DNA of 64,000 bases from NCBI GenBank assembly GCA_013822125.1, contig PNJY01000001.1, forward strand, positions 16,700 through 80,699, read 5' to 3'. A model generated the notes under the pieces. It worked only from the letters and a program-made list of their open reading frames with translations, ran no database searches and was not told where the DNA came from. How positions within the stretch are numbered: position 1 is the first letter of the stretch; the number at the start of each line of letters is the position of its first letter. Shown here one piece after another: positions 55,518 to 64,000 of the stretch. Both the position numbers and the translations under genes were made by a program. This DNA comes from Erythrobacter sp. Its GTDB lineage: Bacteria; Pseudomonadota; Alphaproteobacteria; Sphingomonadales; Sphingomonadaceae.

Positions 55518-56453
55518 GTGTCATTGGAAGCGTGCAAATGGGGGGGCAGAATGCACGGGCCGGGCCACTCAGTCTATTGTGATGATCACTCTGAATCATC
55601 TGGCCGACTCGGGCTAACGGTCAAGCGTTGGGATGGACATACGCGTCTTGAGTTCCAGTTGCGCAACGTAGACAAGTTACCTCCAGTCATTCCTTTCGAC
55701 GACGATGCCGATATTCTTATAGTCATTGCTCGACGAAATGACGTCGGCGCGGGAGCGGGGCCCGATAGCCATATTTCGCTGGTGAAACGGCCAGACCAGG
55801 TTTGTCCTTCTCCTTGTCCGATCAGCAGCCAGATTGGGATCTGTGCGCCCCGCTCCAACGTCCTGCACATCCGCATGCCGCATGAGTTAATCCAGGAAAC
55901 GTCGCTGCATCTGGGTAAGCGCTATTCCCCGTCTCTTGTGCGAACAGCGCTTTGCCGAACCGATCATGGGCTTTCAGCACTTGGCAGTTCGCTCGCAGAG
56001 TTTGTTGAGGCCGGGCAGCACATCTCCTCGCTTGAGTTGGAAACGTACGCGCGTGCCTTTGCGGGCTTCGTCGTTAGTCGATATCTCAGCAAAGGAGACG
56101 ATCCCAAGGCGGTCGGCGGACTCAGCAGGCGAGCCCTAAGGCGGGTAAAGACCCTTATCGAAACTCGCTATGGCGAGGATCTCAGTCTCGGCGATCTCGC
56201 TTCGTCTGCGGGCCTTTCGGTGAGTCACTTCTCTCGCGAGTTCAAGCGAACTGTCTCGTCGAGCCCGATGCAGTACCTTCAAAACGTGCGCTGCAAGCAG
56301 GCGATGATCCTGCTGGACGAAACCAATCAGACGCTTACGCAAATTGCCATGGAGTGCGGCTTCGGCAGTTCGCAATCTTTCGCCCGGGCCTTCCGCAAGG
56401 TCATTGGCATGACGCCATCGCAATATCGTAGTCGGCGACAGCGCAAGTCATGA
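55518..56453 (+). CDS. AraC-family transcriptional regulator
   Basis: LSLGDLA..AGLSVSHFSREFK; LTQIAMECGF.S.QSFARAFRKVIGMTP; start uncertain. Confidence 0.9.
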   Translation: MSLEACKWGGRMHGPGHSVYCDDHSESSGRLGLTVKRWDGHTRLEFQLRNVDKLPPVIPFDDDADILIVIARRNDVGAGAGPDSHISLVKRPDQVCPSPCPISSQIGICAPRSNVLHIRMPHELIQETSLHLGKRYSPSLVRTALCRTDHGLSALGSSLAEFVEAGQHISSLELETYARAFAGFVVSRYLSKGDDPKAVGGLSRRALRRVKTLIETRYGEDLSLGDLASSAGLSVSHFSREFKRTVSSSPMQYLQNVRCKQAMILLDETNQTLTQIAMECGFGSSQSFARAFRKVIGMTPSQYRSRRQRKS

Positions 56454-56741
56454 AGCGGTCGGTGCTGCCAGCGATCATGCGGGAACGGAAATGGCAATTT
56501 TGAAACAAGCCATGAAGACTGCAATATACTGAACGAAAAAAGTTTAATGGTCGACGTGAATCAAGTCGAAGTCTGAACTCCTGGGATCAGTGAAACAAAT
56601 CGCAAATGCCCCGATTATTCCGCTGCGCGGAATCGGGCCTTTCGGAATGCCAAGGTTCAGCACAGAATCTGGCGAGATAAAGTGGCGGGTAAGGGCGGAC
56701 ACATCCGGTGTCCGTCCAGGCATCCGATGAAAGGTCATCCC

Positions 56742-57353
56742 ATGAAGCTTTACTACCATCCGATCTCTGGTCACGCCCATCGCGCCCGGTTGTTTCTCTC
56801 GTTGATCGGTGCGCCGGTCGAGATCGTTGACGTCGATCTCGCCAAGGGCGAACACAAGTCTGCGGAATACCTGGCCAAGAATCGTTTTGGCCAAGTGCCT
56901 GTCCTTGAGGACGACGGGCATTTCATTTCCGACTCCAACGCGATCCTCGTTTATATTGCCAAGAAGTTCGGCAAGACTGATTGGCTCCCGGAAGATCCGC
57001 TGGGCGCTGCGCGCGTACAGCGCTGGTTGTCGGTCGCGGCCGGACAGATCGCTTTCGGTCCCGGAGCCGCGCGGCTTATCTCGATCTTCAAGGCCGATTA
57101 CCGGCCTGAAGAGGTGATCGCCCGTGCCCATGCCGTCCTGAAGCTCATTGAGGCCGAATTGGAAGGTCATGACTGGATCGCGGCTGACCATGCAACCATC
57201 GCTGATGTCGCTCTCTACAGCTACATTGCACGGGCGCCGGAGGGCAACGTCGACCTCGCCGACTACAGCAATGTCCGCGCCTGGCTCGAGCGGATCGAAG
57301 CGCTGCCCGGCTTCGTCGAGTTCGGGAAGACCCCGGTCGGTCTCGCCGCCTGA
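56742..57353 (+). CDS. glutathione S-transferase family protein
   Basis: [43 protein letters not shown]. Confidence 0.95.
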   Translation: MKLYYHPISGHAHRARLFLSLIGAPVEIVDVDLAKGEHKSAEYLAKNRFGQVPVLEDDGHFISDSNAILVYIAKKFGKTDWLPEDPLGAARVQRWLSVAAGQIAFGPGAARLISIFKADYRPEEVIARAHAVLKLIEAELEGHDWIAADHATIADVALYSYIARAPEGNVDLADYSNVRAWLERIEALPGFVEFGKTPVGLAA

Positions 57354-57421
57354 GGTCTCGGGGGCCGGAGTGCCGTTGCTCCACCCTCCGGCCGCCCTTC
57401 ATCCATCGAAAGAAAAGCGCC

Positions 57422-57691
57422 ATGGCAACCCTCGAGTCTGAAAAGCCCTCGCCCTTCCACCCCGGGGAAGTGGCCATGCAGGCATCGCTGGGCGTTGCTG
57501 AGCGCATGGAGCAGTTCGGCAAGCGGGTCATCTGCGACTTCATGCCGGATCAGCACAGAGCCTTCTACGCACAGTTGACCTACGCCCAACAGCCCCAGGC
57601 GCAGGTTGCCGAAGACCACGCCCTTATCTGCTGCGCGGTTCCTGCCGCACCCGAAGCGGGTGGCGGCGACCGGCTGATACTCGAAATGTAA
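57422..57691 (+). pseudogene. truncated pyridoxamine 5'-phosphate oxidase-family gene (N-terminal fragment)
   Basis: SPFHPGE..MQ..LGV.ERM...G.RVI.DFMPDQHR.FYAQL matches the family start; similarity is lost after ~57577. Confidence 0.6.
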
Positions 57692-57705
57692 AGAGAGGAA
57701 ATTGA

Positions 57706-58332
57706 ATGAAACGGGTCTTGCTGCTGCTGGCGGATGGCTTCGAACCGCTCGAGGCCGCCGGCTTTACTGATGTCTTCGGGTGGGCAGCCATTGATGGTTC
57801 GGAGCCGGTCGAACTGGTGACGGCAGGACTGACATCGCCGCTCAAGGCGACCTTCGGCTTTTCTGTCATCCCGCAAACGTTGTTGTCCGAAGTCGATCTA
57901 TCCAGCTTCGACGCTCTTGCCGTACCCGGCGGCTTCGAAGGTGCTGGTTTTTATGACGAGGCACTTTCAGAGCCTTTCCTCGATGTGCTTCGCCAGTTCG
58001 AGAAGACCGAGCGCCCGGTCGCTTCGGTCTGCGTCGCCTCGCTCTCTCTCGGTGCAGCAGGCCTGTTCAAGGGACGACGTGCAACCACCTACCACCAAAT
58101 CGGAGGCAAGCGAAAAGCCCAGCTCGAAGAGCAAGGCGCAATCTTCGTCGACCGCCCCGTTGTTGATGAAGGCCAGTTCATCAGTTCGACGGGGCCCGGA
58201 ACCTCGGTCGAGGTGGCCCTGCTGCTTCTGGCCAAGCTTACCAGTCCGGCCAACGCAGCGCATATCCGCAAGCTCATGCGGGTACCCTGGCCAGACCCAG
58301 AGTGGTACTCCACGCCGCAGGTGGCCGCATGA
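57706..58332 (+). CDS. DJ-1/PfpI family protein
   Basis: LLLLADGFEPLE, DALAVPGG, ASVC nucleophile elbow, SSTGPGT. Confidence 0.92.
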   Translation: MKRVLLLLADGFEPLEAAGFTDVFGWAAIDGSEPVELVTAGLTSPLKATFGFSVIPQTLLSEVDLSSFDALAVPGGFEGAGFYDEALSEPFLDVLRQFEKTERPVASVCVASLSLGAAGLFKGRRATTYHQIGGKRKAQLEEQGAIFVDRPVVDEGQFISSTGPGTSVEVALLLLAKLTSPANAAHIRKLMRVPWPDPEWYSTPQVAA

Positions 58333-58925
58333 TCAAGCGGCCTGTTGACGTCGCATTCACGCCTGCTGTCGTCGCCGCCCAGGAGCGAAAACGTTCGCGG
58401 TCCCACTATGTCGGGATGGAGATGGGGCGTGCCATCGACAGAAATCTCGCGGCCTTCATTGCGGAAGTCCGAAGCTTCTACATCGCGACAGCGAGTGCTG
58501 ACGGTCAACCATACATCCAGCATCGCGGGGGGCCGGCTGGCTTTCTCAAAGTCGTCGGTGAGCATGAGCTCGCGTTTGCCGACTTCAAGGGAAATCGCCA
58601 GTTCATCAGTGCTGGCAACCTGTCCGAGAACCCGCGCACATTCATTTTCCTGATGGATTATGCGCGACGCCAGAGGGTCAAGATCTGGGGGCGAGCCCGG
58701 GTTATCGAAGGCGACCCTTGGCTCGAGAGGCGCTTGATGCCCGAGAATTATCACGCCGAAGCTGAACAGGTTATTTGCTTCGAGGTCGATGCCTGGGACA
58801 TCAATTGTCCACAGCACATTCCGCAAATGTTTCCAGTCGAAGACGTCGAGAAAATGCTCGCGGAACGTGATAAGAAAATTCAAATGCTTGAGATTCAGAT
58901 CGGATTATTGCTGAGCAAGGAATAG
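58329..58925 (+). CDS. pyridoxamine 5'-phosphate oxidase-family FMN-binding protein
   Basis: SFYIATASADGQPYIQHRGG..GFLKV, DF.GNRQF.S.GNL, WD.NCPQHIP; ATGA overlap with the DJ-1 gene. Confidence 0.9.
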   Translation: MIKRPVDVAFTPAVVAAQERKRSRSHYVGMEMGRAIDRNLAAFIAEVRSFYIATASADGQPYIQHRGGPAGFLKVVGEHELAFADFKGNRQFISAGNLSENPRTFIFLMDYARRQRVKIWGRARVIEGDPWLERRLMPENYHAEAEQVICFEVDAWDINCPQHIPQMFPVEDVEKMLAERDKKIQMLEIQIGLLLSKE

Positions 58926-59119
58926 AATATTCCGGTTTTTTGATATCATCGCTGCAGCGCAATGGGGCTATAAGCAAGACATGAGGACGGGCTCGGTCAC
59001 CTGACCCGCCTTCATCGAAGATGACGCTCCATGTCGCCCCCCCCGAGGCGTCATCAACCTGCCGGGCGGAGCAAGTCCCCCTCCACTCCGCCCGGCTACT
59101 TTTTTGAGGATCTTCCGCC

Positions 59120-59584
59120 ATGGCCCGTCCCCCGTTTCCGCCTTTCACCGAGGAAACCGCGCGCGAAAAGGTCCGTCTTGCAGAAGATGGCTGGAACAGC
59201 CGTGATCCTGCCAGGGTCGCACTCGCCTATACCGAGGACACCGTCTGGCGGAACCGTGCGGAATTTCCCCATGGACGAGATCAGGTCGAAGCCTTTCTGA
59301 CGCGCAAGTGGGCCAAGGAACTCGACTACCGTCTGATAAAGGAGCTCTGGGCCTTCACCGGCAACCGCATCGCGGTGCGCTATGCCTATGAATATCACGA
59401 TGACAGCGGCAACTGGTTCCGCGCCTATGGCAATGAGAACTGGGAGTTTGTCGAAGATGGCCTGATGCACCGGCGCCATGCCAGCATCAACGAGCATCCG
59501 ATCCGCGAGGAGGAGCGCAAGTTCCATTGGCCGCTTGGCCGCCGGCCTGATGATCACCCGGGTCTGTCAGACCTCGGCCTGTAG
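59120..59584 (+). CDS. DUF1348 / NTF2-like protein
   Basis: [50 protein letters not shown]. Confidence 0.92.
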   Translation: MARPPFPPFTEETAREKVRLAEDGWNSRDPARVALAYTEDTVWRNRAEFPHGRDQVEAFLTRKWAKELDYRLIKELWAFTGNRIAVRYAYEYHDDSGNWFRAYGNENWEFVEDGLMHRRHASINEHPIREEERKFHWPLGRRPDDHPGLSDLGL

Positions 59585-59592
59585 GTGACACC

Positions 59593-59910
59593 ATGATCGC
59601 AGAAGTCAGCGCCGCCTCGTTCAAGCACGAGGTTCTCGAAGCCACGACCCCTGTGCTGGTCGACTTCTTTGCAGACTGGTGCGGACCCTGCCGCACGCAG
59701 TTGCCCATGCTCGAAGAGCTCGCGCCCCGGCTGAGACAGGCAGCAAGAGTGGTAAAGGTCGACGTCGATCGTTCGCCCGAGCTCGCCAATCTTTTCGATG
59801 TTCGATCGATCCCCACCCTGATCCTGTTTTCTGGCGGCAAGATCGCCAATCGCTTCACGGGCCTGACTCCGGGCCGGACCCTCGCAGCCGCCATTATGGC
59901 TGAGCTTTAG
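59593..59910 (+). CDS. trxA: thioredoxin
   Basis: VLVDFFADWCGPC, SIPTLILF. Confidence 0.92.
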   Translation: MIAEVSAASFKHEVLEATTPVLVDFFADWCGPCRTQLPMLEELAPRLRQAARVVKVDVDRSPELANLFDVRSIPTLILFSGGKIANRFTGLTPGRTLAAAIMAEL

Positions 59911-59961
59911 GCGCGCCAGCCGTTGTCTCAGGCTGCTCGCCATAGCCCGCGCAGTCAAAGC

Positions 59962-60192
59962 CTATCGCCGGCTGGCAGCGGCCTCAGTTTTGTCGAGGTC
60001 GCGCAGAAGCCGTGCCAGACGAGCCTGGCGCTTCTGCCCGAATTCAACCGCTGTCTCGCCAGCAGAAAGATCGTGGTCAGCTATTCGCGCGGCTTTCTCG
60101 GCCCGTTGCGCGAGCACCGGAGGAAGCATGACCGCGCTGGTTACCGCGAAGCCCAGCAGTGTCGCCAGCAGAGCATCCTTATGACCGCGCAT
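59962..60192 (-). CDS. small hypothetical exported/membrane protein
   Basis: AAGGAAG RBS; N-terminal hydrophobic stretch. Confidence 0.45.
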   Translation of the reverse strand: MRGHKDALLATLLGFAVTSAVMLPPVLAQRAEKAARIADHDLSAGETAVEFGQKRQARLARLLRDLDKTEAAASRR

Positions 60193-60470
60193 GTAACTTC
60201 CTTCTCTGAGCAGGGGGGCTGAATCGGTCCCAAGCATGTTCGAGGAAGAAATTGAGCTATTTGGGAGGACTATTGAATTCATCGTTTTCGAAAGAGTGAG
60301 TTTCAGATTATGGAATAAATAAAGCTTGTCTTCGATGAATAATATTTCCGCTTCTGCATTTCCGGTGGTGGAATAATGCATTCCATATTCGGATTATTCT
60401 TCAGAGAGCAAAGGGGGGGCATATCTTCGCTTATAGAGGCGATCTCTGATCGTCGATCTGGAGAAAGAAC

Positions 60471-61721
60471 ATGACAGACGTCTTCCTTGTTGCTGGTGTT
60501 CGTACGCCTTTCCTCAAGGCCGGGACCGGATTTGCAGACCAGACCCCACTCACCTTGTCCGCCCCGGTGCTTCAGGCGATGGCCGAGCAGAGCCGGCCCG
60601 ATCTCATCATTTGGGGGCAGGTCATACCCAGCCTCTCGCTTTCCAACATTGCCCGCGAGGCTGCGCTCGATGCGGGTCTTGATCCGACCATTCCTGCCTA
60701 TTCGACCCAGCTTGCCTGCTCCACCAGCATGATGGGAGCGATCCAGGCCTCGGGACTTGTCGGCCGAGGCGGGATCGATCTCGCACTGGTTGGGGGCGTC
60801 GAACAGATGAGCCGCTCTCCGATCGCCCTCGATGAAAAGGTCTCGGCGAGGCTGGCGGCCATGGCGGCGCGTGATCCAGTCGGAACGATGCGGGCGTTCT
60901 CCGAGCTTACCCCGAGTGATTTCGCACTTCCCAAAAAGGGTTGGGCCAATCGGATCTCCGGACGTTCCATGGGCGACCACATGGAAGAGACGGCAAAGCT
61001 TCTCAGAATCGCGAGGACTGAGCAGGACAAGATTGCACTTGCCAGTCACTGGAATGCAGCGCGGGCCTGGGAGACCGGGGCCTTCGACGCGCTGGTGGTG
61101 CCCTTCAACGGCCATTCCCGTGATGCCATGGTGCGGGCCGATACGTCTGCCGAGAGGCTGGCCTCACTTAAGCCGGTCTTCGATCCCGAGGCCGGAACGC
61201 TCACTGCGGGCAATTCCTCGCCGCTCACCGACGGGGCAGCCGGTATGTGGGTCGCGTCAAGGGCCGGGCTCGAACGGCTCGGGCCAGACGCGGTCGCGGT
61301 CAGGCTCGTCGACTTCGAGCTGGGAGCCCTCGACTTTCGGACTGACGGCATGCTCATGGCGCCGGCTTACGCCATACCCAGGCTGCTTGACCGGAATGGC
61401 CTACGCTTCGATGACATCGGGATCTGGGAGATCCACGAGGCCTTTGCGGCGCAGGTTCTGGCAAACATCGCGGTTGCCACAAACGATAAGGCCCGGACGA
61501 GGCATGCGCCCGGCATCGGCGACCTGGGCCCCTTCCCGCGTGAACGGCTCAATCCGTGGGGCGGCAGCCTTGCGCTCGGGCATCCCTTCGCAGCGACAGG
61601 CGCTCGCATCATCAGCCAAGCAGCCCATCAGCTCGCCCAACTGCCATCAGGAACGCGTGCCGTGGTCTCGATCTGTGCCGATGGCGGGCAGGGCACCGTC
61701 ATGCTGCTGGAGGCGGTGTGA
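60471..61721 (+). CDS. acetyl-CoA C-acyltransferase (thiolase, FadI-like)
   Basis: QLACSTS, GNSSPLTDGA, EIHEAFAAQ, GHPFAATG, SICADGG. Confidence 0.93.
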   Translation: MTDVFLVAGVRTPFLKAGTGFADQTPLTLSAPVLQAMAEQSRPDLIIWGQVIPSLSLSNIAREAALDAGLDPTIPAYSTQLACSTSMMGAIQASGLVGRGGIDLALVGGVEQMSRSPIALDEKVSARLAAMAARDPVGTMRAFSELTPSDFALPKKGWANRISGRSMGDHMEETAKLLRIARTEQDKIALASHWNAARAWETGAFDALVVPFNGHSRDAMVRADTSAERLASLKPVFDPEAGTLTAGNSSPLTDGAAGMWVASRAGLERLGPDAVAVRLVDFELGALDFRTDGMLMAPAYAIPRLLDRNGLRFDDIGIWEIHEAFAAQVLANIAVATNDKARTRHAPGIGDLGPFPRERLNPWGGSLALGHPFAATGARIISQAAHQLAQLPSGTRAVVSICADGGQGTVMLLEAV

Positions 61722-61954
61722 TGTCGCTCTGCGTTGACTGCCTCATCAAGGAGGAGCCGAACTGGCTCAGGCGGTACTGGCGGATGTGGTGGGGCTTGGC
61801 GCTTTATGGTCTAGCCGTCTTCCACCTGCCCGTAGGTTGGGTCGCCATCTTCCTACAGGCGAGCTTTTTTCTCGCTCTATTCCCTCTGACGCTCTGGCCC
61901 CTCATTGCAGCCCAGCGCTCCGCTAACGAACGGAAGGACATTTTTCATGGCTAA
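61721..61954 (+). CDS. small membrane protein
   Basis: TGATG overlap with the thiolase gene; two hydrophobic helices. Confidence 0.6.
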   Translation: MSLCVDCLIKEEPNWLRRYWRMWWGLALYGLAVFHLPVGWVAIFLQASFFLALFPLTLWPLIAAQRSANERKDIFHG

Positions 61955-62216
61955 TGTTGAAATCTACACAAAGGACTATTGCCCCTATTGCCACCTCGCC
62001 AAGTCGATCCTTCGGCAGCACGGCGCAGATTACAACGAGCATAGCCTGACAGAGTATCCCGAGCTGTTTCGTGACATGGTTGCTCGCGCAGATGGCCGGA
62101 TGACAGTTCCCCAGATCTTTATCGATGGTGTGCCGATCGGAGGTGCCGATCAGCTTTCGACGATGGAAGAACAGGGAAAGCTGAAGGAACTCCTGCAACG
62201 CAAGCAAGCCGCATGA
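61947..62216 (+). CDS. grxC: glutaredoxin 3
   Basis: VEIYTK..CPYC, TVPQIFIDG..IGGAD. Confidence 0.9.
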   Translation: MANVEIYTKDYCPYCHLAKSILRQHGADYNEHSLTEYPELFRDMVARADGRMTVPQIFIDGVPIGGADQLSTMEEQGKLKELLQRKQAA

Positions 62217-62557
62217 GCGGCCAAGAGCAAGGCAAGGGCACTCCATCGGCGCCTTGCCTTGCCTTCCTTTCAGTTCGAGAGCGTTGGGCAAACCGGCTCT
62301 TTGCTCATGCGGTGCTTGAGCAGAAACGATGAAATCATCGAGGCGGAGAGTCTGCCGGGATTCTGCTGCACACCTCCAAGACGAATTTTGCCTAGCAATC
62401 TGAATGAATTGAACATCTCTTCCGCGGCACTCTGGAGCTTGCGATTACACATTTGAAAACCTGATATTCTCCGAACTCGAGATGCATTATACTGGAAGTA
62501 CGAAAGTGCCATGCTTTGGCAATCATGAGTCGCCTTACGCAAGAAGGGCTAGGCGAG

Positions 62558-63169
62558 ATGTCGACTGAGGTCTATATCGTTGATGATGAAGCGCTTCTCC
62601 GCCGGATGCTCAAACGTGCCTGCTGTCACGCAGGGATGCAGGCGATGACTTTTGCAGATGGACCCGAGTTCTTGGCGGCATCTGCAAGTCTAAAGCCGGG
62701 AGTGGTTCTCTTGGACATGCACATGCCAAGACTTACCGGAGTGCAGGTTCTGGCTGCTCTCGGGCCAAGGCTGCGGCTCTTCCCAGTGCTTATCATGACA
62801 TCATACGGCGATATCGCCCTTGCTGTTGAGGCGATGAAGGCCGGTGCTGCTGACTTTGTCGAAAAGCCATTTCATCTTCCGGGGCTCATCGAGCGCATCC
62901 GGATCCTTCAGACGGAAAACCAGTCCCGTGGGCAGAAGCGCGAAGCTTTGGCCAACGCCGAGGCGCAGCTTGCCGTCCTGACAGCCAGAGAGCGTGAAGT
63001 CGGTGAGCTACTCTCGCGCGGTTGCTCCAACAAGGAAATCGCGCGATCTCTTTCAATCAGCCCACGTACCGCGGAAGCTCATCGCGCCAGGCTGATGAAA
63101 AAGCTCGGCGTCTCGAACATCGCCGATCTCGTTCGCACTTTTCTCTCAGTCGAAGTTGAAGGCGCTTAG
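62558..63169 (+). CDS. FixJ/LuxR-family response regulator
   Basis: VYIVDDE, LLDMHMP, AMKAGAADFVEKP, LTAREREV...SNKEIA. Confidence 0.92.
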   Translation: MSTEVYIVDDEALLRRMLKRACCHAGMQAMTFADGPEFLAASASLKPGVVLLDMHMPRLTGVQVLAALGPRLRLFPVLIMTSYGDIALAVEAMKAGAADFVEKPFHLPGLIERIRILQTENQSRGQKREALANAEAQLAVLTAREREVGELLSRGCSNKEIARSLSISPRTAEAHRARLMKKLGVSNIADLVRTFLSVEVEGA

Positions 63170-63200
63170 CCGTTGCGCTGAAAGCAGGAGCATCGCATTG

Positions 63201-64000
63201 ATGCAGAACGATCTGTGCTGGAGCGGTCCCTTCAACCGCAAATTCGCCGCTATGATGGCCTCAGGGCACAGCCCGCAAATCAAGACGCAAGCGATCAACG
63301 ATTTTGCCGCAGAGGCAATAAGGAAGCTGAACGCAGGTATTTTTGTGGTGTTTCTTTATGACGACGCTGGCGGTGCGACCGAAATTGTTGCGTATCCTCG
63401 TGATCGTTCGGTCGAGCGAAAAGTTCTTGATGGCCTTCTGCATTGGGGAGCTTTGAGTTGTCGCTGCTCATCGATCAGGGAGGAATCTGGTGGCAGCTCC
63501 GGGGAGGGGGCGTCCCTGTTCGCGGGTGCCCAAGCAAATGGCTCGATGACTGTGCCCATCCTGTGCGGCGCGGGCTATCCAGTGGGCGGACTGATTGCCT
63601 CTGATCCTTTGGAGCGATCATGGCAGCCCGATGCGCAATCGGAGTTGGTTTTCATCGCCAAGGTTTTCGGCACCTATCTTGAGTTCAGCCATAAAATCTT
63701 CGAGTTTGAGAACCTTCAAGCAGAGTACGAGGAAACGAGAGATTGCCTCTCGCGCACGGTGGAAAGGTGCGCCGGGCTCACTGGTAACTTACCAGGAGCG
63801 ATGTTTCGGTATCATCGGCCGAAGTCGGCGAGTGACTGGATCGAGGCCATGTCGCTCGGTTCCAAGGAGGTTCTCGGCTTCACACCGGCTGAATTGGAAG
63901 CCGATGCATCACTCCTTTGGTCACGCATCGTCGAGGAAGACAGGGCAGCGGTAGAAACCTCGCTCCGGGAGTCAGCAGCGACCATGACGCGTTGGCGTTT
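63201..64000 (+). CDS. GAF-PAS sensor protein, probably a histidine kinase (runs off the window edge)
   Basis: Own translation gives a frame open from the ATG at 63201 (AGGAG RBS) to the end; GAF-like VPIL..GYPVGGLIASD..ERSW, then PAS-like NLPGAMFRY...LGFTPAEL..DASLLWSRIVEEDR. Confidence 0.75.
   Translation, partial: MQNDLCWSGPFNRKFAAMMASGHSPQIKTQAINDFAAEAIRKLNAGIFVVFLYDDAGGATEIVAYPRDRSVERKVLDGLLHWGALSCRCSSIREESGGSSGEGASLFAGAQANGSMTVPILCGAGYPVGGLIASDPLERSWQPDAQSELVFIAKVFGTYLEFSHKIFEFENLQAEYEETRDCLSRTVERCAGLTGNLPGAMFRYHRPKSASDWIEAMSLGSKEVLGFTPAELEADASLLWSRIVEEDRAAVETSLRESAATMTRWR

Noticed and set aside
508-62291. Many long antisense or alternate-frame ORFs in the track (e.g. 508-1110, 12395-13636, 20242-21630, 23917-25446, 27235-28461, 38371-39507, 56544-57191)
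   Set aside because: They lie opposite or within well-supported genes; typical shadow ORFs of high-GC DNA with no motifs
62558-64000. Naming the two-component pair fixJ/fixL
   Set aside because: The sensor has a GAF-PAS start, no heme-PAS evidence is visible, and the gene is truncated by the window

Overview
A ~60% GC accessory (genomic-island-like) region. An alphaproteobacterial, possibly sphingomonad, host is inferred from codon style and protein families only. No rRNA, tRNA, CRISPR array, intact IS or conjugation genes were recognised. There are four blocks. (1) 0.1-11 kb, mobile-element core: a 1019-aa tyrosine recombinase with an internal XRE-like HTH, a DUF6471-like small regulator, a primase/P-loop ATPase and an orphan Xre/MbcA-like gene; these are bracketed by an identical 21-bp direct repeat (1858-1878 and 8751-8771). 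(2) 11.5-30.8 kb, type I secretion locus: HlyB, HlyD, a lipoprotein and a 4811-aa RTX protein with a low-GC N-terminal lipase head, Ig/cadherin repeats and two CBM2-like domains. (3) 31-43.4 kb, probable anti-phage island: a WYL regulator with a palindromic operator, a TM0106-type nuclease-helicase, a DUF2235/endonuclease/DUF2235 operon and a TIR-TIR-SLOG (Thoeris-like) operon. (4) 45-64 kb, redox/electrophile-stress cargo: GSTs, thioredoxin, glutaredoxin, DJ-1, PNPOx-like proteins, quinone reductase, thiolase, four AraC, two HxlR and one LysR regulator, and a FixJ-like regulator with a GAF-PAS sensor cut off by the window edge. The best candidates for undescribed systems are the TIR-TIR-standalone SLOG operon, the T1SS lipase-RTX/lipoprotein pair, the DUF2235-nuclease-DUF2235 operon and the repeat-bounded giant-recombinase element. 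All family assignments come from recalled motifs, not database searches.
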